From Trichoplax adhaerens (taxonomy: Eukaryota > Animalia > Placozoa): a stretch of DNA of 64,000 nucleotides. Shown here one piece after another: positions 1-12,500 of the stretch; position 1 is the stretch's first letter; every line of letters begins with the position of its first letter. The DNA is taken from NCBI RefSeq assembly GCF_000150275.1, contig NW_002060947.1:1849740-1913739 (forward strand), written 5' to 3'. Position numbers and translations under genes: made by a program. The notes under the pieces are model-generated. The model was given only the letters and a program-made list of their open reading frames with translations, made no database searches and had not been told where the DNA came from.

Positions 1-109
1 TCAAAAACATAGGTTTCTTATGAAGATGCAGAAATATAACTGCATGGAAAATAGTACAATTCATTTAGCATTTACGGTAAATACGATGTTTATAAACATA
101 TACAGCCTT

Positions 110-1859
110 CTAAGTGGCCGTATTCATAGCTTTCATTACTTTCTTAATTCTTGAAGCGATTGACATATCGATATATTTATCATCGATATCGACAATCATG
201 CCACCAATGATTTTTGGATCAACCTGACAATTGAATGACAATTTGAAACCAGCATTTAGCAAGATAGGTATAAATACGATTAAGTTATTATCTACTTCAA
301 GGGAAGAAATACAATTATCATTGTAGTTATGGCTACTGATGTACCTCTGTGGCGATCTGAAGTTTTTGATTTTTTGCAATGAAACCTTGTAACGAGTCCT
401 TAACATTTTTCAGCTGATCATTGTTTAATTTCTAGGAGACCAAGAATAGCGAAAAATTTATTAGAAGGATAGGTTAAAGTCACTTACTTTAGTATAAGTT
501 GTCAATTTTAATTACCTTAGCGGTGGTGATGGTACATCTGACTTCGCCTCTATGAGCTTCCATAATACGAGAGAACGCTTCGATTATTTCGGAAGCACTG
601 CCAAGACGATTATTTTCGGAAAGAGTACCTAATAAGAAAGTAGAAATGATACCGCACATTATAGCTTTACTATCAACACTTGAAATTAAGTATTAAATAC
701 TGAAACACATACCGAAAACCTTTAATGATAATTCATGAGCATTGCGCTTTCTCAACAATTCCTCCAAAACGCCTAAATTTGTCCAGTAACATTAGTAAAT
801 AATCATTTGATATGCAAAGTTTTTGCTATTATTATAATCACTCACCTCGTTTAACTTGTCTCTTCATGAAAGGATTAGCAATTAATCGTTCTAATTGAAT
901 ATCGCTATCAATTGATTGCTAGAAAATCCAAATATGATAGAACACATGGCTATTCAGATTTGAATATCATTTGGATGACAGTTATTGACAGTCCTATTCG
1001 TTACTCTATTCCGGTTATCTAAAAGTAATCATGGCGGTTGTTGAATACCTTCATATCCATTAAGTCCTTTTCGACTTTTTCTAAGCACTTTTGTTTAGTA
1101 GCTGCTGAGTAGATAGCGTGCGCATAGCGACCTTGTACGCCAAATACTTTAATAGGTGCCTGCAATTAATACAGTGAGCAAGATAATTGTGTCAGAAAAA
1201 CTCGAGTACACATTCATAAAAGTATCGTATAGTCTAGTGCTGCTACATTGACGTTGCATATGAATAGTTGAATACTAAGCAATAGATTATTCAGTAATAT
1301 TGATTAACAACACGAAATCATTCAGTTTCGCCTTTGTATACATCATTTAAATCAAGTTTGCAAATGCTCATGACTCAAGTGGTTGCAAGATCATTTTATA
1401 GTATTCCAGATCTCAAGTTATCCACTACATAAACTGAAAAACTTTTGAAGCAAAAGGTTCAATCTACAATACCTCTATACATTCAATCTCCTTCCAGACA
1501 AGATTAAAAGTAATAGTACTTCTAATAACGTCAAAATAAATCTATTCCATTACCTTTGCTAAATCCGAGTGGACAGACGACGTACTTAGACATCGAACCT
1601 GTAAAAGGCAACACAGCATATGTTAATATCAGCTCTTCAGCTCTACACCATTTCTTGGCGCAGTCGGTTTTTGGTGAAGAAGTTTACAAGTAATCCTTTT
1701 TAGTTGTATCCTTCAGATAGTTAAGAGATTTTTGAATGAAGTTTAAAAGAATTTCCCCTTAAGTGCTGAGATATAGATTTGGAATAAAACTTGTGACTGA
1801 CTGTCTATCAGTGGACATTTTCGACTGGTCGACTACACGAAAGGTGTATTGGTTACCAT
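110..1859 (-). CDS. ATP5PO: Mitochondrial ATP synthase subunit O (OSCP), spliced. Exons 1554-1598, 1049-1159, 846-918, 713-772, 516-628, 345-431, 110-223; the first coding exon is possibly just ATG at 1857-1859
   Basis: Exons join in frame at GT-AG boundaries: [35 protein letters not shown]...LSENNRLG...[16 protein letters not shown]...[28 protein letters not shown], the typical OSCP signature. The start exon (ATG followed by gtaacc) is uncertain. Confidence 0.93.
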
Positions 1860-2389
1860 GGTCGACGAGAATTTTCTTCCCCAAAATAAACTAGCATATC
1901 ACAGGCGAGAGCGTCAATGGACTAGAATAGTGGCATTATACTACAGGTTTTTTTTTAAATTGAATATTGAAAAGTAGAACTTGTCTCAAAGCAAGTTGGT
2001 CTCTATTTTTGCATTGGCCAAGTAATGACAGTACTGTATATTACATCAGCTTAAAAGTCTTCTACTATGATGCAACTTGTACAGTACAGTATAAGGAAAT
2101 CCAAGATGGACATCTTAGCACCAACGTTTTAACATAGAACAAGAACACGATTCGATAATTATGCTATCAACATTGATGACATGAGCTAAAGAGACTTACA
2201 GCTAGTCCAGCCTGCGAAATTGGAACATTTGCTGCCATCCGTGTGGCACGGAAAACTTGCGACGCCATCTTGGCAGAGTAGGAATAGCGCGTGTGCAATT
2301 TACTTCAGTTCAAAAGTCTTTAGCACAGTACAGAACCGATACAGTACCATACAGAACACTACAGCACCGTACAGTGCTGTACCTTCCTT

Positions 2390-2484
2390 ACTGTACAGTA
2401 CAGTATACTGTACTGTAATGTACTGTACTGTATACTGTACTGTAATGTACTGTACTGTACTGTATACTGTACTGTACTGTAATG
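2390..2484. repeat. (TACTG)n pentanucleotide microsatellite with TAATG/TATACTG interruptions
   Basis: Directly visible: tactgtaatgtactgtactgtatactgtactgtaatg...; preceded by the palindrome TACTGTACAGTA. Confidence 0.9.
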
Positions 2485-3373
2485 TGGAGTGCACGGGAGC
2501 CGTGCAAAGATCGGAGAAAACAAACCGACTGTAGCAAACAGACAGGCGGACGCCATGCCGTACCGGCACTTTTTACACTTGAGTACGGTCAGGGAGTATT
2601 AAAAAAGATAGAGACGCGACAGGAAACGACCACAGTGGAAAATAATGTGGAGGCTTATCATTTTTGGGGGTTATTCTACCGATGAAACCGTATACCATAC
2701 TGCACAAAACCAACTTTGTAGGTTAATAGCAGCTAATTTGCACGTCCATTGCGGACAGTATAGTGTACCGTTACAGACATGCGATACAGTTGAAATGACC
2801 AGTAAAACAATCATCCTCTACGTTCTTAGCCAAGGGTCGTTGCCAGTCCCGTCCCGCCGTCCCGTCTCTTTCTTTGAATAGGTCCCCTGCTCCCTGATAC
2901 TGTACTGTACTGTACTGGTATTTCTATGGCAGAGTGGTTCTCGTCCTTATAGAACTGTACAGTGTATAGTACCGTCAGTTTTCTTCTTGATACTGTACCG
3001 TAGTGTTGATACACTAGGAAACTACAGTACAGTGTACCATAGAGTGTCCAGCATACTGTACTGTAGAGTGTAGCAGAAAAAAAGCTGGGTTTTTTCTTGG
3101 CTCTATGACATCCAGTTTGAAGTAGTCCATGCCAGAATATACGTCCATACAGTGCAGCACAGTACTGTGCTATAGACACTACTGCTATAATAGGATTGTA
3201 TGGAGCACTGGTTGACAGTACCCATCTTGGCAGAGGTCTGCAAAATCGATTGAGCTTAGTCCCATCCTGTATGGACGTGTAATTCAAGAAAAGGAAAGAA
3301 TCAAAGTGCATGTATTAAAATAAACCGGTACAATACTGTACACTTTTTTTACAGTAGAAGTCTCTGCTGTAAC

Positions 3374-3766
3374 CATAGACCAATAGAAGAAGAACTAGAC
3401 TGATCACTCCCTCAGACAGACGGACGTCTCTTTACCAAATACAAATGAGTCCGTCGTAAAATGGCTACTGTCTTTAGCGTGTTGTGTATTAAAAGCATGA
3501 TGCTTAGAATGGATCTTCCGTGTCTATTTTCTAGATCAGTGATATTAATTTAAATAACATCATAGATGTTATAGAACTGTTTCCAAGCAGAGCTTAGAAA
3601 CCGATAAGATTCAACGTAATATTATGACTTATTGGATTAGTCCATTTTGAATCGATTATCTGTATACTAAAGTACTGTCATAACAGAGTGCTTTGGCACA
3701 CGATTTGAACGGGATGCAGCCGAGATTGTCTGTCCGTCCAAGAGTGATCAGTTTCAGTAGTCTATG
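3374..3766. mobile_element. Non-autonomous TIR element (MITE-like), copy 1, ~393 bp
   Basis: Termini CATAGAC...GTCTATG. Inner perfect inverted 11-mer ACTGATCACTC (3399) / GAGTGATCAGT (ends 3752). Subterminal CAGACAGACGGAC / GTCTGTCCGTCCA. AC flanks both ends (candidate 2-bp TSD). A diverged homologous copy lies at 23897-24284. Confidence 0.75.
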
Positions 3767-3854
3767 ACTGTACTGTACCCTACTAGTCAAGGATTTCTAA
3801 GTAGTCCTTGACGGTACAGTACGGTACACTGAACCATGACTGAACATTGAACAA

Positions 3855-4390
3855 CCCCATGAACTACGGTGGCCGAGAAGGGCCACTGTACAGTAATGAG
3901 CAGTGTGAGTTGTACAACAGTAATACATTACACTAATACTACACGAACAAATGAAGATTGTTGTACTGTACACTGTACAGGTGAAGCCCTGCGTGACTGA
4001 CACCGCATGAACAGTGTGAATGGTGAAACTACACGAACGAATGAAGATCGTTGTACACTATACACTATACAGGTGTAGCCCTGAGTGAGTGAGACCCCAT
4101 GAACAGTGTGAGTTGTAAAACTACACGAACGAATGAAGATCGTTGTACACAATACAGGTGTAGCCCTGAGTGAGTGAGATCCCATGAAAAGTGTGAGTTG
4201 TAAAACTACACGAACGAATGAAGATCGTTGTACAGTACACTATACAGGTGTAGCCCTGAGTGAGTGAGACCCCATGAACAGTGTGAGTTGTAAAACTACA
4301 CGAACGAATGAAGATCGTTGTACAGTGTACTGTACAGGTGTAGCCTAGGTGTAGGTGTACAGGTGTAGCCCTGAGTGACTGAGCCTTGCT
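3855..4390. repeat. Minisatellite, ~90-bp unit, ~5 copies plus partials
   Basis: Unit actacacgaacgaatgaagatcgttgtaca...caggtgtagccctgagtgagtgagaccccatgaacagtgtgagttgtaaa starts at 3938, 4028, 4120, 4205 and 4295. Confidence 0.92.
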
Positions 4391-5289
4391 CATGACGTCT
4401 GCTTCTATTTTTAGCTTCAGTGATGTGTTTGACTCGATACAGGTCAGAGTACCTCGGTTGTGTCATACAGTAGATCGATATCGTAGTCAAGACGACTAAA
4501 GACGAAAGGACAGCCAAGAGGAAAGCAACCGAGTTAATCCATTTGCTGCCATTTGATTCAAGTGGAGGCTTGAAATTAACTTCTATTGCATTCATTCAAC
4601 TAATATCAAGATCTATAGTAAGTAAAACCTTCAGAGAAATTTCTATGTAACCATAGTATCGTTCAAATGAGTTCAAAACTAGTCCACCAGCACCAGCAAT
4701 GCGTCTTTTATCAGCCCTATTGAGCAGTAGGATGAATTGGATGATTGCAATCAAAACATCATTCTGTATCAGTCAAGTCGATGATGGCAGAGTAGGAAAG
4801 TAATGCAAGCGAAAACCTCATCAAATGGATAGCACGTTATGACAGCATAGAAAATTCCTTGCAATGATAGTACATTGTAAGTTCGTGTGAGCAACAACCC
4901 CGGAAAACGACAAAATTGGGGAAGTACATGATCGCTGTAAAAATAAAAAAAAAACAATAACAAAACGAAATTAATGACCATATTCCAATGATGGACCACT
5001 ACAAAGTAAAAAACTTCTCCACATGTTGGACTGTTCAACATAGATCAACTTAGGGTAGAGTACATTAACAGTCAGAAATAGCTGTAGTAAATACTAATCT
5101 CGGTTCGTAATTTGCCACCAATGATGTACTCTACTGCAGAGGATCAAGATAGATATTATTATTACCGAATTCACTGTCACCACTATCCATTTAGGGCGAT
5201 GCAATCAAACTACTATTTTCCATTATTAGTCATATTGGGTATCGATCGCTACCGTGAACTAATTTTCAAAGACAAGGTGCTAATACTAT

Positions 5290-6440
5290 CAACTTACATC
5301 AGTGGGAGCAATGGATGGTACTGTGTTGGTTAATTTACAACCAAATGAAGCTAAGTAATGTTGGTGTCTGCTTACATACATGATCAATGGAAGATGCCAC
5401 AATTAATAGCAATCGATGGCACTAGTTGATTGAGTTAGAACTAAATAAAGCTAGGCTACATTGATATCTTTTGCCGTACGCGATCAGTGTAAGATGCCAT
5501 CTACTCATACTGTATAAATAGAAGCAATGGATGGTACTAGTTCATTAAGTTAGAATCGAGCCAAGCCAAGCTACGTTGATATCTTTTGCCGTACGGGATT
5601 AGTGTAAGATGCCATCTACTCATATAAATAGAAGGAATGGATGGCACTAGTTCATTAAGTTAAAATCGAACGAAGCCAAGCTACATTGATATCTTTTAAC
5701 GAACGTGATTAGGTAAGATGCCACCTACTCATACTGTATAAATAGAAGCAATGGATGGCACTAGTTCATTAAGTTAGAATCGAACGAAGCCAAGCTATAT
5801 TGATATCGGTTGACGTACATGATCGAGATGCTATATACTCACATAAATAAAACCAACGGATGGAGTACTCGATTAAGTTAGAACCTAATAAAGCTAAGCT
5901 ACATCGATATCTTTGTAACATACATGATAGAGGTAAGATGCCACATACTCGCATAAATTGAAGCAATGGATGTCACTAATGGATTAAGTTAGAACCAAAT
6001 GAAACAAAGCTACATTGATATCGGCTGACGTACGTGATCGAGATGCTATATACTCACATAAATAAAACCAACGGATGGCAGTACTTGATTAAGTTAGAAC
6101 CTAATAAAGCTAAGCTACATCGATATCTTTGTAACGTACATGATAGGGGTAAGATGCCACATACTCGCATAAATTGAAGCAATGGATGTCACTAATGGAT
6201 TAAGTTAGAACCAAATGAAACAAAGCTACATTGATATCGGTTGACGTACATGATAGGTGTAAGACGTTATACGAATATGTTCACATCAATAACAGCAATT
6301 AATAGTAAACTACATTGATATCTTTCAGCGTACATGATAGTGTAAGATACTGTGTGCTCACGTACTGAAAATAGAAGCAATGGATGGTACTAGTTGATGA
6401 AGTTAAAACCAAATGAAACTAAGTCATATTGATATGACAA
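5290..6440. repeat. Minisatellite, ~110-bp monomer, ~10 copies, with an internal ~215-bp dimeric higher-order repeat
   Basis: Recurrent gaagcaatggatggcactagttcattaagttagaa...aagctacattgatatc. GATATC anchors at about 5463, 5578, 5688, 5802, 5907, 6017, 6122, 6233 and 6316. The variant tgatatcgg recurs at 5801, 6016 and 6232. Confidence 0.9.
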
Positions 6441-6625
6441 TTAAATTAGGGATAGATCAATTTTTTTCTTATCTATCTATGACACATCCTAACTAAAAGC
6501 CTACAGTTCATATGTGTACGTACAGTATACTGATTACAGTCAACCATGCTAATTAACCTTTTTATTATAACTATTGGTAGGGATCATCAGAATAGAATTA
6601 GACAAGGTACTGCTAGGGAATCGAC

Positions 6626-8385
6626 ATGTTTTCCAAGAAACCAACCCTTCAAGGTATGTCCAGCTACTTGTTATTCGTATATCTCTACCTATCACTGAAT
6701 GTATATCAGTAAGTCTATATTCGATATTCTTAGCTCTTTGAGCGATTCAATGTAATGATATTAAGCAATGGATGAGATATTTTAATTGATGGAATTAATT
6801 AGAATGTAAAGAATAATTATTAAACCGTAGATCGATCGATATATTCATTAACATTATTTAAAATGGCTTTGATTACAATGATACCTTAAAGGCAAAATAT
6901 AAAAATACGTATGAATTCGTTAAATCTTACCCATATCGATGTCATTGCATTAGAACAATCTAGGCAACAAAAGCGCGAACTAAATCGCGTTCAACGAGAT
7001 CTGGCTCGTGATAGAAATTCTATGGAGAGGCAAGAAAAGCAGCTGGTAAATTAATATAGTAAATATAATAAAGTTGCTTATTACATTGTGAATTTATGAT
7101 TTCATATTCGTCACATCTGATAACCTAAATGAGCGTATACTTCTGGTAATCAAATTTCAATTATCATTGCGATAGGAGGCCGAAATAAAGAAGATGGCCA
7201 AACTAGGCAATAAACAGGTAGATCAATTTCTTCCTAATCCTACGGCATTGATAATTCTTGATTCGTTGTATTGTACTACTACATGTAGTAATTAAATATG
7301 TATCTTTCATATACGCGTATACTTCATTTAATTTACTCATACGATTTTGTGTGTTAATTGCTACTTTACTAATTTAGGCGGCTACAGCTTTGGCGAAACA
7401 GTTGCTTAATTTACGTAAACAGAAGGCGAAGTCCTTGGGAGTTCAAACCAAAGTTGCAGCAGTAGGATACCAAACTCAGGTTAGCTTGTAATGTTGTAAA
7501 AGTATATTGTACGTATACTCGTATATAGGCTTGGTATTCATAGGGCATTATTGATATTAGTTACTTTCCTCAATTACTTGCAGTAAGTTAATTTTAACAA
7601 ATCAGAAATCAATTATCAAAATCTGTTCTTCACGTTAATATGTCAATTGTACTGTTTAATTAAGGCTATACAGTCTAATATGAAAATGGCTTCAGCTATG
7701 TCATCGGCATCAAAGGTAGTTATCTGAATTGAATCAGATATTACTTTCCGAATTTTTGATCATTTCTATTCCAATAATTTTATAGACTATGACTGCTATG
7801 AATAAACAATTAAATCTAAAAGAGTTGCAAGCCACGACACAAAACTTTCAGAGAGAAACCGCCAAAATGGATATGGCAGATGAACTGCGTAAGCATTCAA
7901 AAGTGCATATATGGCACTGTCAGATAGTCACTTATTTATTGGTTAGACCATGTAATGCGCTAGTATTTTATCGAATTAATTGTTACAATCATTGATTTAT
8001 TTATAATAGTAAATGACACACTTGATTCTGTACTGGATGGATCTGGAGATGAGGAGGAACAAGACGCTATCGTCAATCAAGTTCTCGATGAAATTGGTAT
8101 TGAAACATCTGGCAAGGTCTGTATACATGTAGTATATTATGTTAGCATGTCGATTGTAGCCAAGGTTGTTTAAAAGTAGTAATGAATGATTACCTTCTTG
8201 TATTAGTCATGCACTAGTTTAAATTTTTATACCTAAAATGAATGGAAATTGTAACAAAACTACTTTGTCGCTTCGTAACGTTGTAGTTATCTGCTGCACC
8301 AGCCCCTGGCGCCTCGATGCCTGCGAAAGCCTCTACTACTGGAGTTGAAGACATTGAAGAAAAATTAAGGCAATTGCGAGCATAA
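6626..8385 (+). CDS. CHMP2B: Charged multivesicular body protein 2B (ESCRT-III, Snf7 family), ~207 aa. Exons 6626-6653, 6954-7045, 7176-7217, 7378-7479, 7665-7715, 7786-7888, 8010-8116, 8287-8385
   Basis: In-frame spliced product MFSKKPTLQEQSRQQKRELNRVQRDLARDRNSMERQEKQLEAEIKKMAKLGNKQ...LAKQLLNLRKQK...GDEEEQDAIVNQVLDEIGIETSGKL...EDIEEKLRQLRA*, ending in a MIM1-like helix. Confidence 0.92.
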
Positions 8386-9572
8386 CGATTTTTTAACGCT
8401 TTATGACCGCTACCTGGCTACCTGCAATGTTTATAAGATTTTTAGCATCAAACAATATTGACACTCCTAAAATGTAATGTACGACTTACTGTATGATCCG
8501 TGTGTATACTGTATAATCATATAGTTAATAGCATATGTTATGCTAATAGCAGTACAGTATATTTATGTCTAGGTTTCGGTGTCAATTCGAACAGTTATAC
8601 TAGAAAAATATTATATATATCTATCAGGCTTAAGGAAAATTTACATACATTCAGCCTATGATGGAGTAATTTATTTACTGTATTATAGCAGCTTGAATAC
8701 CAACATTTTGACTGAAATGTCAATACATTTAATCACCTACGGTATGATATCATTAACAAAGTGTGTGGTATACGTACGGTTACGGTACTTATCGTAGGAA
8801 TCTCGTTTATTTTTAACGCTAATGTTGTCGTAGTCGTTTTAAACTAGCATAATTTAATTCCTATCATGTTAGTTTTACGAAATTACAGCGTAATGTAATC
8901 ATATCGGCTAAAGTAACCAAGGCGCCGTTGATTTATTGCCTGTATCAAGATTGTATCTATTCTAAAAATCGCTTCGATAGACTGATGGTTGGCAATTAAA
9001 AATGATTTCACTGACATTAAATTATGTTTACTCTTGAATAATTAGTTGCTTCTTGCTGAATACTAAAAATCAAAAAAGTTTTTTATTTTTGACGACTGGG
9101 TATACTGTAAGCAATTAAGATTTAATCCGTGTAATTTTATGAAATTTAAGAAAGTTATTCAGTTAAAATTAATAAAAACAGTAGGTAATGGTCACCGATA
9201 AGTGCAGATATCCATGATAATACATTTAATCAGCTATGTGAACACATGGTAAATACTACTTTTCATATATTGTACAATAATTATGATTAATCGCAATAGT
9301 AACCCTTTGACAAAAATGATTTAAAAATGTTTTCGTCAACTAGATAATTTTCTTGAAAGAAATTAAGACCACATCAGTGCAAAACAGCCACCGATAAAAT
9401 TGCTAAAACATATAGTCAGTTTATCCACATATATCACAAAATTAGGTCCAATACAGAAGTCAAATATCTAAATCGCTGATATCGAGGTATATTTTAGTAA
9501 GCTCCAATCGCATCCTAAGTTTTACTTGTTCATCGTGAACAAGCATTATTATATAAATTTCTAAATAACTGT

Positions 9573-12500
9573 CTATTGATAAATATCATCAGCACCGGAA
9601 GATTGATACAATAGATTAATTTTGATGTTTAGTGTACCAGTATTAACGCCATTTAACTTTATGCTTTTCTTCCAAGGTCCCAAACCATCATTAATAAGTT
9701 GAGAAAGAGGAATAGTAGCACTGCCCAAGAAATCTTGATAAAAATACCATAAGACATTGCGTTAATTATTTTACAAAGGAAAAGTGTATAATTACGGGTA
9801 TATCAAATACAAAATTACCATCAGGGGCATAGTATCGTTTATCCAGAATGGTTAATAATAATAATTCTTGCGCCATGTTTGCTGCATAAAAATGTAACTA
9901 ATAAAAGGACATACGTCAGAATCGTTTGTCAGCAAGTATTATGAGTAGCTAGATTATATTAGATGTACCGAGCTGGCTACATTACCGTGGAATTCCAAGT
10001 TGGAGTTGTTGTTGATGGTTGCACTTTTGTTGTTTGCTTTTGCTTGGCTAGGTTTACTTGCACATAGGGATCACATTTCCCTAAAATAGTATAGCGATTG
10101 AAAGATGTTAAGATCACACAGGCTTTACAAACTGAAACTAGCTAAATGTTACCGATAATTTTATAACGACAATTTACAGAATTATCATTCATATAATCGT
10201 ATACCCACCATCACGCTTTACTGTCTTTAAATCTTGTGCATCTATTACGAACACGGTAAGCTGTGCTTGACCTACATTCGCCTTTAGTTTTGCAGCTGGA
10301 AGAAATATCATCAAATTAGCTGTTCAAGGTAGCTGATTTTAGTGTAGAATAGTTAGAATCTGGTGTTAACAACTGACCTTTCTTTGTCTCCTCGCCTTGT
10401 TGGCGTTCAATTTTCTTATATTTGTGCGATGCGCCTACAATTTTCTTTACCCATAAATTCCTGTTTTAATGTAATTTGTATCAGACTCGCTTTTACACCT
10501 GGTAAGATGACTTAATTTGTTTACCCTATTCAAATAGCAACTAACCTTTCACTCTCCTTATCTACTTTCAATGAAATCCATTTCTCGCGGTATAAAATGG
10601 AAAACATAGTTTTATCTTCTATAATATTAATTTAAATGGTCGTTAATCCAGGGCTATATCTACTTTGACAATGTGCAATGTCGTCTTATCTACTAAATTT
10701 TAATTATATTTAGTAATGTTATTACAACTACAGTACCTGCAGGATCATCGCTGACTTTTTTCACGTTAACTTCATTTAACATGAAAGGCTTTAAAAGATA
10801 AAGAGTACAGATCTATGTGAGGAGTTACCGTAAGGAACTTGTTGATATCGCGTTATCTACGAACTTTACCGGTTTATACATTTGATACTTTTCATCACTT
10901 TTTTCAAAAAAGACTCTTGAAATAGTGCTCGATTTTAGCGGTTTCGTTAATAGTAAAAAGTCGTTAAACAAGAAGGCGACTAGTTCCCGATTAGATTTAG
11001 CCTATATTTGACCAGGATTAGCAACAGATATACTTTACATCAGCTTATATTATAGGATTGCTCTAACATTTCTATATTACATCTATGATATGCATATATT
11101 ATGATGACATTCTGTAATACCCCTCACCCTACCTTAACTACAGGGCCAGAATGGAGAAGTTTGCGTTGACCTAAGCAGTTAGTTTTAGAATTGAACACGA
11201 TATCCTATATAATTAAAATTAAACATAATTACTTCATTATAATCAATATCCTAAACTAAGAAATATCAGTACTTTAGTAAAAAAGATTTCCAATTAACGT
11301 ATAAATACCTCCGACGAATCACTACAATTAACATGGTGTTGAAGCCAAAGGAACTTGTCTGCAGTCTCCTTTTGTGTCACACTTTCGTTAACCTAAGATA
11401 GCAAGTACGATTATAATATATTAAAGTTACAAATACCTGTACGTAGAACGAGCAATTTTTATATAATTATGATTACAAAAGTACTACAATAAACCTTTTT
11501 GCATAAATCAATAGCAGCTTTTCTTGCGCTTTGAAAACTTCGATAATCAGAACTAACTTCTGGTGTGTACTTCATAATCTATTTACGAAACAGAATGTTA
11601 CACATATTACATGCAACTTTTTCTTGATAACTACCATGAAAACATAATACATTGTTACATACCTTATCCAGTAATAGTGGGTATCTCGTCACTCGTTGCA
11701 TTGGCTTCAAAAGAAAGGAACTTAACGGTAACCCTTGCGATCGCGGGTCAGCGGAACATCGCTGTAAACATGATTATAACCTGGTTTAATATATTCAAAT
11801 TCGTAAAAATACGAGAGCTAGCAATATTTCTAAAAACCTTTTGGTATTCCTTGAATTCTGTATCAGAATTCTTTTCTTGAAGGTATTTGCAGGCAGCCAT
11901 TTGATGGCTGCAAAATACAGCATAAGGCATCATTGTTGGTAACTGCAAGATATGTTCGCAAACAGTAACCAAATTTAAAAGTTGCTCGTGGTTGAGATGT
12001 CATCAAATAACAATGAAATTATGCAATTTTGAAATTCTTACAACGTCACGTAATACTGTCGCGAAAGCTTCAGCATCATTGCCACTTTGGGATTTTTGTT
12101 CTATTGCTCTAAAATCATATTAACCTATTAGGAATGCAGTCAATTTATCTAATAGCTCGAAATCAATACACTTACTGTAATAGTTTGGTGCTGCATGATA
12201 TTACATCAGACCAATTAATAAACAACTTATCAAGATCCTCTTGATCAAAGTTATTATCAGCTCTCATAGGAACAATGTATATCTAGAAATTCAAGTATTT
12301 TCATTACTGCGGTTATATGCTTTAGCAAGATTTATTAATAAATATCTATGCTATGACCGTTTCGATTTTAACACAACTGCAATGTATTATGTCCAATCAT
12401 TTGTTTATCGAAAGCAATATTAAGATATTGTTTCCAGAATAAGCATACTTCATTGATAAGTATAAGGTCTTTCAAATACTTTTCTTCCGTTTCAATAAAC

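Noticed and set aside
2220-4595. Several overlapping ORFs rich in Y/C/T/V/S (e.g. 2220-2534, 2826-3311, 3928-4393)
   Set aside because: They are translations of TACTG microsatellite and 90-bp minisatellite DNA, with no domain signature or splice-consistent chain.
3855-6440. Regularly spaced repeats resembling CRISPR arrays or snoRNA clusters
   Set aside because: Whole units are repeated with no unique spacers, there are no cas genes and the context is eukaryotic. No consistent C/D or H/ACA boxes were seen.
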